From the IMG/VR virus record IMGVR_UViG_3300033997_000170, positions 1 through 38,617 of that record: 38,617 nucleotides of DNA; one strand, written 5' to 3'. Positions within the stretch are counted from its first letter, which is position 1; each line of letters opens with the position of its first letter. The position numbers and the translations under genes were made by a program. Of the stretch, positions 1 through 6,751 are shown piece after piece. Under the pieces are notes generated by a model that saw nothing but the letters and a program-made list of their open reading frames with translations, made no database searches and was not told where the DNA came from. Origin of the DNA: a virus.

Positions 1-127
1 CTTCACGGTCTCTTTCACCCAGCGGTGGATCTTCTGCATCGCCTCGCGGCCGGCGATCTGCTCGTGCTCGTCCAGGGCCTCGAGCGCCTCGAGGCGGCTG
101 CCGTATTTGCTGGCCGGCGCCGCCGGC
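1..127. repeat. Exact 127-bp terminal overlap (1-127 identical to 38491-38617); circular-closure overlap of the assembly
   Basis: Base-by-base comparison of the first and last 127 nt. They are a direct repeat, lie inside a CDS, and keep that CDS in frame. Confidence 0.9.
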
Positions 128-1359
128 TTCGCCGGCGGGGTGTAGTCGATCTTGAAGGCCTTGTAGCTCTCCTGGGTGTCCATATCCTCGTGGCCCAGCA
201 TCTCGCGCCAGAACACGGTCTCGTTGACCTTCGCCCAGCGGGCGTCGCGGGTGAAGTGCAGCTCGAAGACCACCCGCGCCCAGATGGCGCGGCTATCCTT
301 GAAGACCCGCTCCTGGTTGCCGAATACGCGCTTGGCCTGGGTGTTTAGGGTCTTGGCCACCCGGCGGTTCACCTCGGTGTTGTCCAGGTGCTGCAGCTCG
401 AGCACCTCGGGCATGGCGCGCAGCTTGGCGAAGGCCTCGAGCACGACGTCGGCCTGCAGGAGGGTGTAGATCCGGTAGCTGTCGCCGTAGTCCACCCCGC
501 CCCGGCGCTTGGCCTGGCCCGAGAACTCGAGCTCGAACTCGCCGACCTTCTCGAAGCGCGCCAGCTTGAGGATCTCCACCTCGCGGCGCCCGGTAGCCAG
601 TGCCAGCCCCAGGGCCAGGTAGGAGAAGAAGGGCACCGCGGTGCCATCGGCGCGGATCTCGGTCGCGGCCAGCAGCTCGCGGATGGTCTCGACCAGCCAG
701 TGGTAGTTGATCGAGATGGTGTTGGTGGCGCGGTGCTCGAGCGTCTCGACTGCGTCGGTGGCCAGCTGGGCCTTGGTCGCCGCCGGCAGGGTCAGGTGGC
801 GCATGATCTCGTGGTCGAGCTTCATGCCCTTGACCGCCTCGTAGGCATCGTCGTCGCGATCCTGGCGGATCTGCGCCAGCAGGTCGCGATGGGCCAGGCG
901 CAGCTCGGTGATGTCGACCAGGTCGACCATGGCCAGCAGCTGCTCGGCATAGCGCGGGTGATGCTTGGCCAGGCGCTGGGCGCTCTCCTCGATGGAGTGG
1001 TGGCGCCAGTTCTGCGCGGTGATCGCCTTGCGGACGGTGGTCAGGTAGCGGCGGTAGCTCGAGGCCTTGAGCTTGTCCGCATCCTTGCGGCGCCGATCCT
1101 CGTACAGCTTGTTTTTCAGGCGATCGGCCAGGCGCGCCAGGCGCTTGGTCTTGTCGCCGCGGCTCAGGCTGTCGTCGCTGTCGATCGCCTTCACGTCCTC
1201 GAGCAGCTTGTCGATCAACGGCTGCAGCTCGACCTTCTGCCGGGTGGCCCCGCCGTAGTTGCCGAAGCTGACCCGCTCGCGATGGTCGATCGCTTCCTCA
1301 CCCTTGGCCGATTCCGTCACCTGGTCGACCGCCTTCTTAGTTGCCGCTTTCTTCGCCAT
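1..1359 (-). CDS. tel: Protelomerase (TelN/TelK family), N-terminal 453 codons; the ORF runs off the window start and continues at 38490 down to 38176 (558 codons including stop)
   Basis: Hand translation of the minus strand gives MAKKAATKKAVDQV... with the blocks LALATGRREVEILK, FKDSRAIWARVVFELHF and GHEDMDTQESYKAFKID, which resemble the TelN/TelK catalytic core. ATG at 1357-1359 with a GGGAGG SD 8 nt upstream. The ORF track missed it because no stop lies inside the window start. Confidence 0.85.
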   Translation of the reverse strand, partial: MAKKAATKKAVDQVTESAKGEEAIDHRERVSFGNYGGATRQKVELQPLIDKLLEDVKAIDSDDSLSRGDKTKRLARLADRLKNKLYEDRRRKDADKLKASSYRRYLTTVRKAITAQNWRHHSIEESAQRLAKHHPRYAEQLLAMVDLVDITELRLAHRDLLAQIRQDRDDDAYEAVKGMKLDHEIMRHLTLPAATKAQLATDAVETLEHRATNTISINYHWLVETIRELLAATEIRADGTAVPFFSYLALGLALATGRREVEILKLARFEKVGEFELEFSGQAKRRGGVDYGDSYRIYTLLQADVVLEAFAKLRAMPEVLELQHLDNTEVNRRVAKTLNTQAKRVFGNQERVFKDSRAIWARVVFELHFTRDARWAKVNETVFWREMLGHEDMDTQESYKAFKIDYTPPAKPAAPASKYGSRLEALEALDEHEQIAGREAMQKIHRWVKETVK

Positions 1360-1492
1360 GGTCTTGCCTCCCGTTTGGCATTCACCTTTAACCCTAGCGC
1401 ACATTGTACGCACGTCAAGCATACACCGCAAGCCCTAGCACCATATCACATACACCCCTAGCCATAAGGCACGATGCTGCACGATGGTGGAT

Positions 1493-1568
1493 AGGGCCAA
1501 AGGTGCATGCACCCTGGCCCCATTCTATACGTATAGAATGGGGCCAGGGTGCATGCACCCTTGGCCCT
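1493..1568. repeat. Telomere resolution site (telRL-like palindrome); perfect 29-nt arms (1502-1559), extended to 38-nt arms with one mismatch, centre between 1530 and 1531
   Basis: GGTGCATGCACCCTGGCCCCATTCTATAC|GTATAGAATGGGGCCAGGGTGCATGCACC. The core CATTCTATAC/GTATAGAATG resembles the N15 telO core (CCATTATACGCGCGTATAATGG). It lies adjacent to the protelomerase gene. Confidence 0.8.
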
Positions 1569-1588
1569 GGTACGTTGTAGGGCTTGTG

Positions 1589-1607
1589 GTGCATGTTGGC
1601 CATGTGC
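1589..1607. promoter_or_regulatory. GTGCATG-N5-CATGtGC imperfect palindrome related to the GGTGCATGCACC sub-palindromes inside telRL
   Basis: Seen by eye. The same heptamer occurs at 1502-1513 and 1548-1559 (both inside telRL) and at 1742-1756. Confidence 0.35.
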
Positions 1608-1741
1608 TAAAGGTGTATGCAGCGCGGTGGATATACACCTTCAGCCCTACGCCATTAGATGGGAGCCAGTGGATTGGGCGACTTAATCGCCAGAGGGTGG
1701 ACAAGGCGAGCCAATGACCAACAAGGCACAGAAAGCCCCTG

Positions 1742-1756
1742 GTGCATGGCATGCAC
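1742..1756. promoter_or_regulatory. GTGCATG-G-CATGCAC palindrome, the fourth copy of the GTGCATG motif
   Basis: Perfect 7-bp arms around a single central base. Confidence 0.35.
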
Positions 1757-1764
1757 TAAAAGGA

Positions 1765-1896
1765 CGGCGCGTTGCGCCGGCTTGCTTATGGCGCGGGAAA
1801 CCCGCGCCGTTGCTGGGCTCCATCGAATGGAGAAAGGACGGGCGTCGGCGGCGGGACAATGTCGGCGCTATCGCGCCGGCTGTTTTTGGTCTTTTG
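1765..1896 (+). ncRNA. Candidate structured small RNA or leader ending in an intrinsic terminator
   Basis: Four GC-rich hairpins: 1765-1779, 1790-1808, 1818-1832 and 1861-1880. The last is followed by TGTTTTTGGTCTTTTG. There is no credible CDS on this strand upstream. Confidence 0.25.
1861..1896 (+). terminator. Rho-independent terminator (8-bp stem GTCGGCGC/GCGCCGGC, loop TATC, T-rich tail)
   Basis: Direct reading of the stem-loop plus T-run. Confidence 0.55.
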
Positions 1897-1924
1897 TACT
1901 TTTGGCCCGTTGTACTTTTTCACC
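1892..1924 (+). promoter_or_regulatory. Dispersed motif site A: TTTTGTACTTTTGGCC + CGTTGTACTTTTTCACC
   Basis: Near-identical to sites at 33966-33998, 27361-27395 (reverse orientation) and 30001-30047. Confidence 0.5.
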
Positions 1925-1938
1925 AATGGACCTATATT
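1910..1938 (+). promoter_or_regulatory. Putative sigma70 promoter of parA: TTGTAC-N17-TATATT
   Basis: Hexamers at 1910-1915 and 1933-1938, 35 nt upstream of the parA ATG. Confidence 0.4.
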
Positions 1939-1972
1939 GTGCGCACCACCAACAACCGAGGAGGGCGCGGCA

Positions 1973-2626
1973 ATGGCTGCGAAGGTGTTCGCGATACTGA
2001 ATCAGAAGGGCGGTACGTCGAAAACGACCACCGCCACCAACGTGGCCAGCTGCCTGGCCGTAAAGCATGGATTCCGCGTGCTGCTTGTCGACCTCGACCA
2101 GCAGGGCTCGGCGACCGACTGGGCGGCGTCCAGGCCCGAGGCCGAGGACGATGCCGGGGTGATCCCGACCGTCTCGATGGGCAAGGCGCTGGCGCGCGAC
2201 CTGCCGCGCGTAGCGGGGGGCTATGACTACGTCGTGGTCGACGGCGTGCCCCAGATCAGCGAGCTGACCGCCGCTGCCATCCGGGCCGCTGATGCCGTGC
2301 TGATTCCCGTACAGCCGAGCCAGTACGACATCTGGGCATGCGGCGACCTGGTGCAGCTGGTGAAAGACCGCCAGGAGATCGCCGACGGGCGGCCGGTGGC
2401 GGCGATGATGATCGCCCGCGCTATCCCGGGCACGGTGCTCGAGCGCGACGTGCGCGGCACCCTCGAGGCCTACGAGCTGCCCATCCTGCGCAGCCAGACC
2501 TGCCAGCGCCAGTCCTATGTGGCCGGCATCGAGCAGGGGCGCAGCGTCATGGATCTGCCCGAGGACAACAAGGCCCGCCTCGAGATCGAAGCGGTAACCG
2601 CCGAACTACTGGAGCTGACCCAATGA
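1973..2626 (+). CDS. parA: ParA-family partition ATPase, small type Ib (217 aa)
   Basis: MAAKVFAILNQKGGTSKTTTA deviant Walker A motif and VLLVDLDQQGS. GAGGAGGG SD upstream. The longer 1772 start was rejected. Confidence 0.85.
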   Translation: MAAKVFAILNQKGGTSKTTTATNVASCLAVKHGFRVLLVDLDQQGSATDWAASRPEAEDDAGVIPTVSMGKALARDLPRVAGGYDYVVVDGVPQISELTAAAIRAADAVLIPVQPSQYDIWACGDLVQLVKDRQEIADGRPVAAMMIARAIPGTVLERDVRGTLEAYELPILRSQTCQRQSYVAGIEQGRSVMDLPEDNKARLEIEAVTAELLELTQ

Positions 2627-2934
2627 CCACCATCAGCAAGCCGACCACCACCAGGCCGAGCCGAGCCAGCCAGCTGGCAGAGGAGCACGTCGAGAAGGCC
2701 CGCCGCGCAGTGGTGGCCGACGAGGGCGAGAAGCAGCTCAAGGTGCTGGCCGCGCCCAAGTACCACAAGGGCATGGCCGAGCTGAAAAACATGACGACCG
2801 AGGGCGTGCCGGTGAAGCACTTGCTGCTCGAGGCGATCGAGGATCTGTTCGAGAAGTACGGGCGGGGAGACGGCCGGTTCAAGGTCGACGACGTGCCCGA
2901 GCTGCGTCGACGCCTTGAGGCGCTGATGAAGTGA
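2623..2934 (+). CDS. Small partition adaptor / centromere-binding protein (ParG- or RHH-like, 103 aa), inferred from position
   Basis: ATGA overlap with the parA stop. Small basic protein with a KQLKVLAAPKYHKGM beta-strand-like segment followed by helices. Confidence 0.45.
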   Translation: MTTISKPTTTRPSRASQLAEEHVEKARRAVVADEGEKQLKVLAAPKYHKGMAELKNMTTEGVPVKHLLLEAIEDLFEKYGRGDGRFKVDDVPELRRRLEALMK

Positions 2935-3000
2935 AGAAACAGCCCGGCAGCGGCGGCAACCGCTAACCGGGCCAGACACATAGACCTTGGAGGGTTCCCT

Positions 3001-3150
3001 ATGTCCGCACGCGACTATACCACCGCGGCAAGCCTGCCGCTGCACCTGGCACGAGATCCGCGCTATCGCGACCTGGTGCGCCAATTCGCCGAGCAACAGT
3101 GCCTGACAGCCTGGCACGGCATCCTGCGCATGATCGGGGAGGCAGCCTGA
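3001..3150 (+). CDS. Hypothetical 49-aa protein (below the ORF-track cutoff)
   Basis: GGAGGG SD 6 nt upstream. Translation MSARDYTTAASLPLHLARDPRYRDLVRQFAEQQCLTAWHGILRMIGEAA. Its stop overlaps the next ATG (TGATG). Confidence 0.45.
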   Translation: MSARDYTTAASLPLHLARDPRYRDLVRQFAEQQCLTAWHGILRMIGEAA

Positions 3151-3440
3151 TGAATACCACCCTAGAGACCGCCTCGAGCACCATCGAGCCGGAAGACGTC
3201 CACCGCGTCCGCGCGATCGCCGCGGCGCTCCTCGAGCACCAGGGGCACCGGCCGTGCGAGCTGCTCGACCTGGTCATCACCGAGGAGGCCCCGGCGGGCA
3301 CCATCACGCCCCGCCGCGCTCGAGCCGAGAGCGCCGTGCGCATGGCTGCGACCATCGTCAACTACCTGCGCGGCGAGTGGGGTATCGACACCATCGACCA
3401 CGAGCTCCTGCAGGCGCTGCGCCAGGAGGCCGGTCTATGA
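3150..3440 (+). CDS. Hypothetical protein (96 aa)
   Basis: Starts at MNTTLE inside ORF 3099..3440 and is translationally coupled to its neighbours. Confidence 0.5.
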   Translation: MNTTLETASSTIEPEDVHRVRAIAAALLEHQGHRPCELLDLVITEEAPAGTITPRRARAESAVRMAATIVNYLRGEWGIDTIDHELLQALRQEAGL

Positions 3441-3589
3441 GCCGCCACACGTCCAGCCCCGCCGAGCAGCTGCTCGGCCTGCTGTTCGGCGCTGGCGCGG
3501 CCCTGGTGGCCGGCCTGGCGCTGCTGTACCGCATGACCTGCGCCGCCCTGCAGGATCCCGAGACCAACGAAGACCAGGAGCAGCCATGA
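3437..3589 (+). CDS. Small membrane protein (50 aa, one TM helix LLGLLFGAGAALVAGLALLY)
   Basis: ATGA overlap at both ends and a hydrophobic core. Confidence 0.45.
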   Translation: MSRHTSSPAEQLLGLLFGAGAALVAGLALLYRMTCAALQDPETNEDQEQP

Positions 3590-3771
3590 GCAGCCGCACC
3601 CCTAGACAAATCGCCGCCGGCCAGCGCCGCAGCCTGCAGGCCATCGAGAAGAAAATCCGCGCCATGTCCGCCGAATGGATGGACGAGGACGCATTCAACG
3701 AAAACCAGCTGGGCGACCTGGCCGACAAGATCAAAGAAGTTTCCCGCGACCTGGTCGCCGAGGAGGAGTAA
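3586..3771 (+). CDS. Hypothetical protein (61 aa)
   Basis: Present in the ORF track, with an ATGA overlap to the upstream ORF. Confidence 0.5.
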   Translation: MSSRTPRQIAAGQRRSLQAIEKKIRAMSAEWMDEDAFNENQLGDLADKIKEVSRDLVAEEE

Positions 3772-3775
3772 CCCC

Positions 3776-4762
3776 ATGCACCAAGCATCCCACGCAATCG
3801 CCCGCCGCTGGGTGGCCCAGAATGCCGCCATCCTCGACACGGAAACGACCGGCCTCGATGACCAGGCCGAGATCGTCGAGCTCGCTGTCGTCGCCTGCAG
3901 CGGCGAGACCCTCCTGCAGACCCTGGTCAAGCCGACGCGGCCCATCCCGCCAGGCGTGACCGAGATCCACGGCATAACCGACGCCATGGTCGCAGACGCC
4001 CCGAGCTGGCCCGAGGTGCAGGCCCAGCTGCTGCAGATCCTCGAGGGCCGCCAGCTGGTCATCTGGCACGCCGACTACGACCTGCGCCTGATCGAGCAGA
4101 GCGCCGCGGCGCACGGCATCGAGGCGCCCGAGCTGTACGCCGAGTGCGCGCAGTCGGTCTATAAGCACTTCTGGCAGGAGCCCGGCGAGGCTCCGGGCAG
4201 CGTGCGCCGTCAGCGCCTGACCAAGGCCGCAGCGCAGCAGGGCGTCGAGATCACCGGCCAGGAGCACCGCGCCGAGGTCGACTGCCTGACCACTCGCGGC
4301 GTCATCCTCGCCATGGCCAGCGGTACCGGCGCCAGGTGGCGCCCGCTGGTCGTCAGGCCGCCGATTATCGTCAAGTGCAAGGAATGCGGCGCCGACGACC
4401 TGACCTGGCAGACACACAACGTCAACCGCTCAGGCGTGCAGGATGGCCGACTCAGAACCAGCGACATCGAGTGCCAGTGGCTCCTCGGCTGCAATCACTG
4501 CTCGGAGACCCTGGCAACGCTCAGCGCTGACCAGGTGGCCGAGCCGATGAACGCAAGCCGCGACGACCAGGAGACGGCCGACGCGAGACGCTACCGCAAG
4601 CTGCTGCAGGCCGGCCTGCGATTCATGGCCGGCGGCGTGCTCCACAAGACCAAGGCCGAGACCGACGCGGCCATCGACGCGCTGCCGGATCCTCTAAAGG
4701 TCGCCGGCATCGTGGTCGTGATCGACGAGACCCTTCCGCCTGGCACCTGGCGCGTCAACTGA
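3776..4762 (+). CDS. DnaQ-like DEDDh 3'-5' exonuclease domain fused to a C-terminal CxxC...CxxC zinc-ribbon domain (328 aa)
   Basis: Exo I ILDTETTGL, Exo II WHADYDL, Exo III HRAEVDC. C-terminal CKECG...CNHC. GAGGAG SD. Confidence 0.7.
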   Translation: MHQASHAIARRWVAQNAAILDTETTGLDDQAEIVELAVVACSGETLLQTLVKPTRPIPPGVTEIHGITDAMVADAPSWPEVQAQLLQILEGRQLVIWHADYDLRLIEQSAAAHGIEAPELYAECAQSVYKHFWQEPGEAPGSVRRQRLTKAAAQQGVEITGQEHRAEVDCLTTRGVILAMASGTGARWRPLVVRPPIIVKCKECGADDLTWQTHNVNRSGVQDGRLRTSDIECQWLLGCNHCSETLATLSADQVAEPMNASRDDQETADARRYRKLLQAGLRFMAGGVLHKTKAETDAAIDALPDPLKVAGIVVVIDETLPPGTWRVN

Positions 4763-4774
4763 GGAGCCACGCCA

Positions 4775-5212
4775 ATGGACTATTACAACTGGAAAACCAT
4801 AGCAACCGCGCCAGCCTGCCGAGCTGTACGTGCCGGCGCCGAGGTCTGGCCGCTGCCAAACGGCGGCTTCTTCTCGGGCGGGCGCACATACACGCACGGC
4901 CTCAAGACCAAGCGCGGCACCTGCTACGTGGTATGTCGCGAAGTCATGCGCGAAGTCGAGGCCGCCAAGTTTGAGGCCCTGACAGCAAAGCGAGATCCGC
5001 GGCAGGAGCCCCGGGCCGGCGACCAGTTACGAGACGAAACAGGCCGCGTCATGGTGGTCGAGGCGTGCTACTCGCTACCCCACCGACCAAAGCAGTGGCA
5101 AGTCCGCTACACAGCACAGCCCGGCGGCTCCGGGTGCGTGTGCGGCCTAAACAACTGGCGGCGCTACTACAGACGCGCCGAGGTGCTCAGCATCGCGCCC
5201 GACCCCATGTAA
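4775..5212 (+). CDS. Hypothetical protein (145 aa)
   Basis: Present in the ORF track, with a GAGGAG SD. The N-terminus NWKTIATAP resembles small phage proteins of unknown function. Confidence 0.55.
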   Translation: MDYYNWKTIATAPACRAVRAGAEVWPLPNGGFFSGGRTYTHGLKTKRGTCYVVCREVMREVEAAKFEALTAKRDPRQEPRAGDQLRDETGRVMVVEACYSLPHRPKQWQVRYTAQPGGSGCVCGLNNWRRYYRRAEVLSIAPDPM

Positions 5213-5221
5213 CCCACCCCA

Positions 5222-5250
5222 CAAGCCCGCCACCCTGGCGGGCTTTTTGT
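5222..5250 (+). terminator. Rho-independent terminator (AAGCCCGCC/GGCGGGCTT + TTTTGTT)
   Basis: Stem-loop plus T-run immediately after the 4775..5212 stop. Confidence 0.7.
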
Positions 5251-5290
5251 TACCCTGCCGGCCATCTGCCACACCGGAGAAGCCTGCAGG

Positions 5291-5656
5291 ATGAAGAAAA
5301 GCACCAAGATTGTGCTCGGCCTTGGCGCCGTGGCGATCGCCATCGGCGCCTACAAAGACCTCTCGGGCCGAGAGACCAACGGGCTGGCCAACGCCCACAA
5401 GGCGGCCGGCTATGACCCCGCGTGCGAGACCCTGCAGGCCGACGGCGAGACCTGGGCGCTCTGCGCGATCGGGCAAGGCGCGCCGGCCGTATGGCTGCAG
5501 CGCGGCGAAGCCTGGGCGACCGGCAACGGCGTGGCCCAGGGCGTGGCCCAGCGCCTCGAGGCGAACGGCCCTGGCCCCTACCAGCACCTGCCGCGCCTGT
5601 ACGTCGACCGCGAGCGCCCCGTCATCATGCCGGCGCTGGTGCGCGCCAGGCTGTAG
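5291..5656 (+). CDS. Exported or membrane-anchored small protein (121 aa) with an N-terminal signal/anchor
   Basis: MKKSTKIVLGLGAVAIAIGAY hydrophobic N-terminus, GGAGAAG SD, and terminators on both sides. Confidence 0.6.
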   Translation: MKKSTKIVLGLGAVAIAIGAYKDLSGRETNGLANAHKAAGYDPACETLQADGETWALCAIGQGAPAVWLQRGEAWATGNGVAQGVAQRLEANGPGPYQHLPRLYVDRERPVIMPALVRARL

Positions 5657-5672
5657 CGGATCCAGAAACGAC

Positions 5673-5710
5673 AAAAGCCCCCACCGCCGCGAGGCAGTGG
5701 GGGCTTTTCT
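5673..5710. terminator. Bidirectional terminator between convergent genes (GCCCCCAC/GTGGGGGC flanked by A-run and T-run)
   Basis: AAAAGCCCCCAC...GTGGGGGCTTTTCTTT. Confidence 0.7.
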
Positions 5711-5714
5711 TTGG

Positions 5715-6452
5715 TCAGAACTCAGCGCCGAGCGCCTGCAGGCGGCCGGCGGCCACCTGGTGATAGTGCTCGGTCAGCTCGCAGCCGGCCCAGCCGTAGC
5801 CCTCGAGCTCGGCCGCCACCAGGGTGGTGCCGGATCCCGCGAACGGGTCGAGGATCCGGCCGCCAGGCTCGCAGATCTTCACCACCTGGCGCATCAGCTC
5901 GGTCGGCTTGCCGGTCATGTGGTGCTTGTCGGCCTTGCGCACCGGCTCGCGCATCACGCCCGGCAGCACCGGGGCCTTGCGCTGCAGCGGCATGCCGCCC
6001 TTGCTGCCCCACACGACGTACTCGGCCTGGGCGCGGAAGCGGCCCAGCTGGGGCCGCACACCCTCGGTCTTGTCCCACACGGCCACGCCGCGCCAGGTAA
6101 AGCCGGCGGCCTGCAGGGCGTCGGTGGTGATCGGCAGCTGGCGCCAGTCGGTGAACAGGCAGACCGGCGCGCCATCCTTGAGCAGGCGGAAACACTCGGC
6201 GAGCCAGAGCGTCATCCAGAAGGCGTGCGACCGCTGGTCGCGATGGTCGCCCAGGAACTCGGCGTGCAGGTGCTCGAAGCCGCCCTGCTGGTACTTGCTC
6301 GAGGTCACCTGCTGGCGCGCACCCATGTGCAAGCCGCCGCTCGAGTAGGGCGGGTCGGTGATAAGGGCGTCGAAGGTGCCGGTCTCCAGGCCGGCGAGGA
6401 TCTGCAGCGAGTCGCCGCGGTAGAGGGCGTTACGGGTGTTGGTGTTGGTCAT
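5715..6452 (-). CDS. DNA methyltransferase, beta-class N6-adenine (or N4-cytosine) type
   Basis: DPPY (motif IV) near the N-terminus and FAGSGTT (motif I) near the C-terminus. ATG at 6452 preferred over GTG at 6458. Confidence 0.85.
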   Translation of the reverse strand: MTNTNTRNALYRGDSLQILAGLETGTFDALITDPPYSSGGLHMGARQQVTSSKYQQGGFEHLHAEFLGDHRDQRSHAFWMTLWLAECFRLLKDGAPVCLFTDWRQLPITTDALQAAGFTWRGVAVWDKTEGVRPQLGRFRAQAEYVVWGSKGGMPLQRKAPVLPGVMREPVRKADKHHMTGKPTELMRQVVKICEPGGRILDPFAGSGTTLVAAELEGYGWAGCELTEHYHQVAAGRLQALGAEF

Positions 6453-6615
6453 TTCCACAGCCTTTTCGGGGCCGCTCGAGGCGGTCGGCTGGGAGGCTCG
6501 AGGCCTTCAAATGGTTCAGCGTGCCGCAGCGCGGGCACTTGATCTGGATCTCGGCACCGGGGCCGGTCTTGGCGAGGAGGCGCTCACAGCCCCCACAGCG
6601 CATCGGGTTAAGCAT
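6430..6615 (-). CDS. com: Mu Com-like zinc-finger protein (61 aa)
   Basis: RCGGCERLLAKTGPGAEIQIKCPRCGTLN matches the Mu Com pattern RCxxCxKLL...IEIxCPRC. Its 3' end overlaps the methyltransferase start. Confidence 0.75.
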   Translation of the reverse strand: MLNPMRCGGCERLLAKTGPGAEIQIKCPRCGTLNHLKASSLPADRLERPRKGCGNDQHQHP

Positions 6616-6751
6616 TCTGCTAAGCCTTTGATTCTGCTAGGCTCGCCGCCGCTCTCGAGAGCGCGGGGGCCTTGGCTGGCTTGCAGGCGTGATCTGCAGA
6701 CTGGCACCAGGTCGAGCCGTTCCAGCGGCGCGGCCTGGTGCCCTCGTTTTT

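Noticed and set aside
388-1461. 357-aa plus-strand ORF covering the start of the window
   Set aside because: It is the antisense shadow of the protelomerase gene. Its Leu/Gly/Ala/Val/Asp-rich translation is typical of the wrong strand in high-GC DNA, it has no SD, and the minus strand encodes a recognisable protein.
1772-1972. In-frame N-terminal extension of parA (ORF track start at 1772)
   Set aside because: The extension would be translated through four hairpins, an intrinsic terminator and the TTGTAC/TATATT promoter. The ATG at 1973 has a GAGGAGGG SD and gives a canonical MxxKVxAxxNQKGGxxKTT start.
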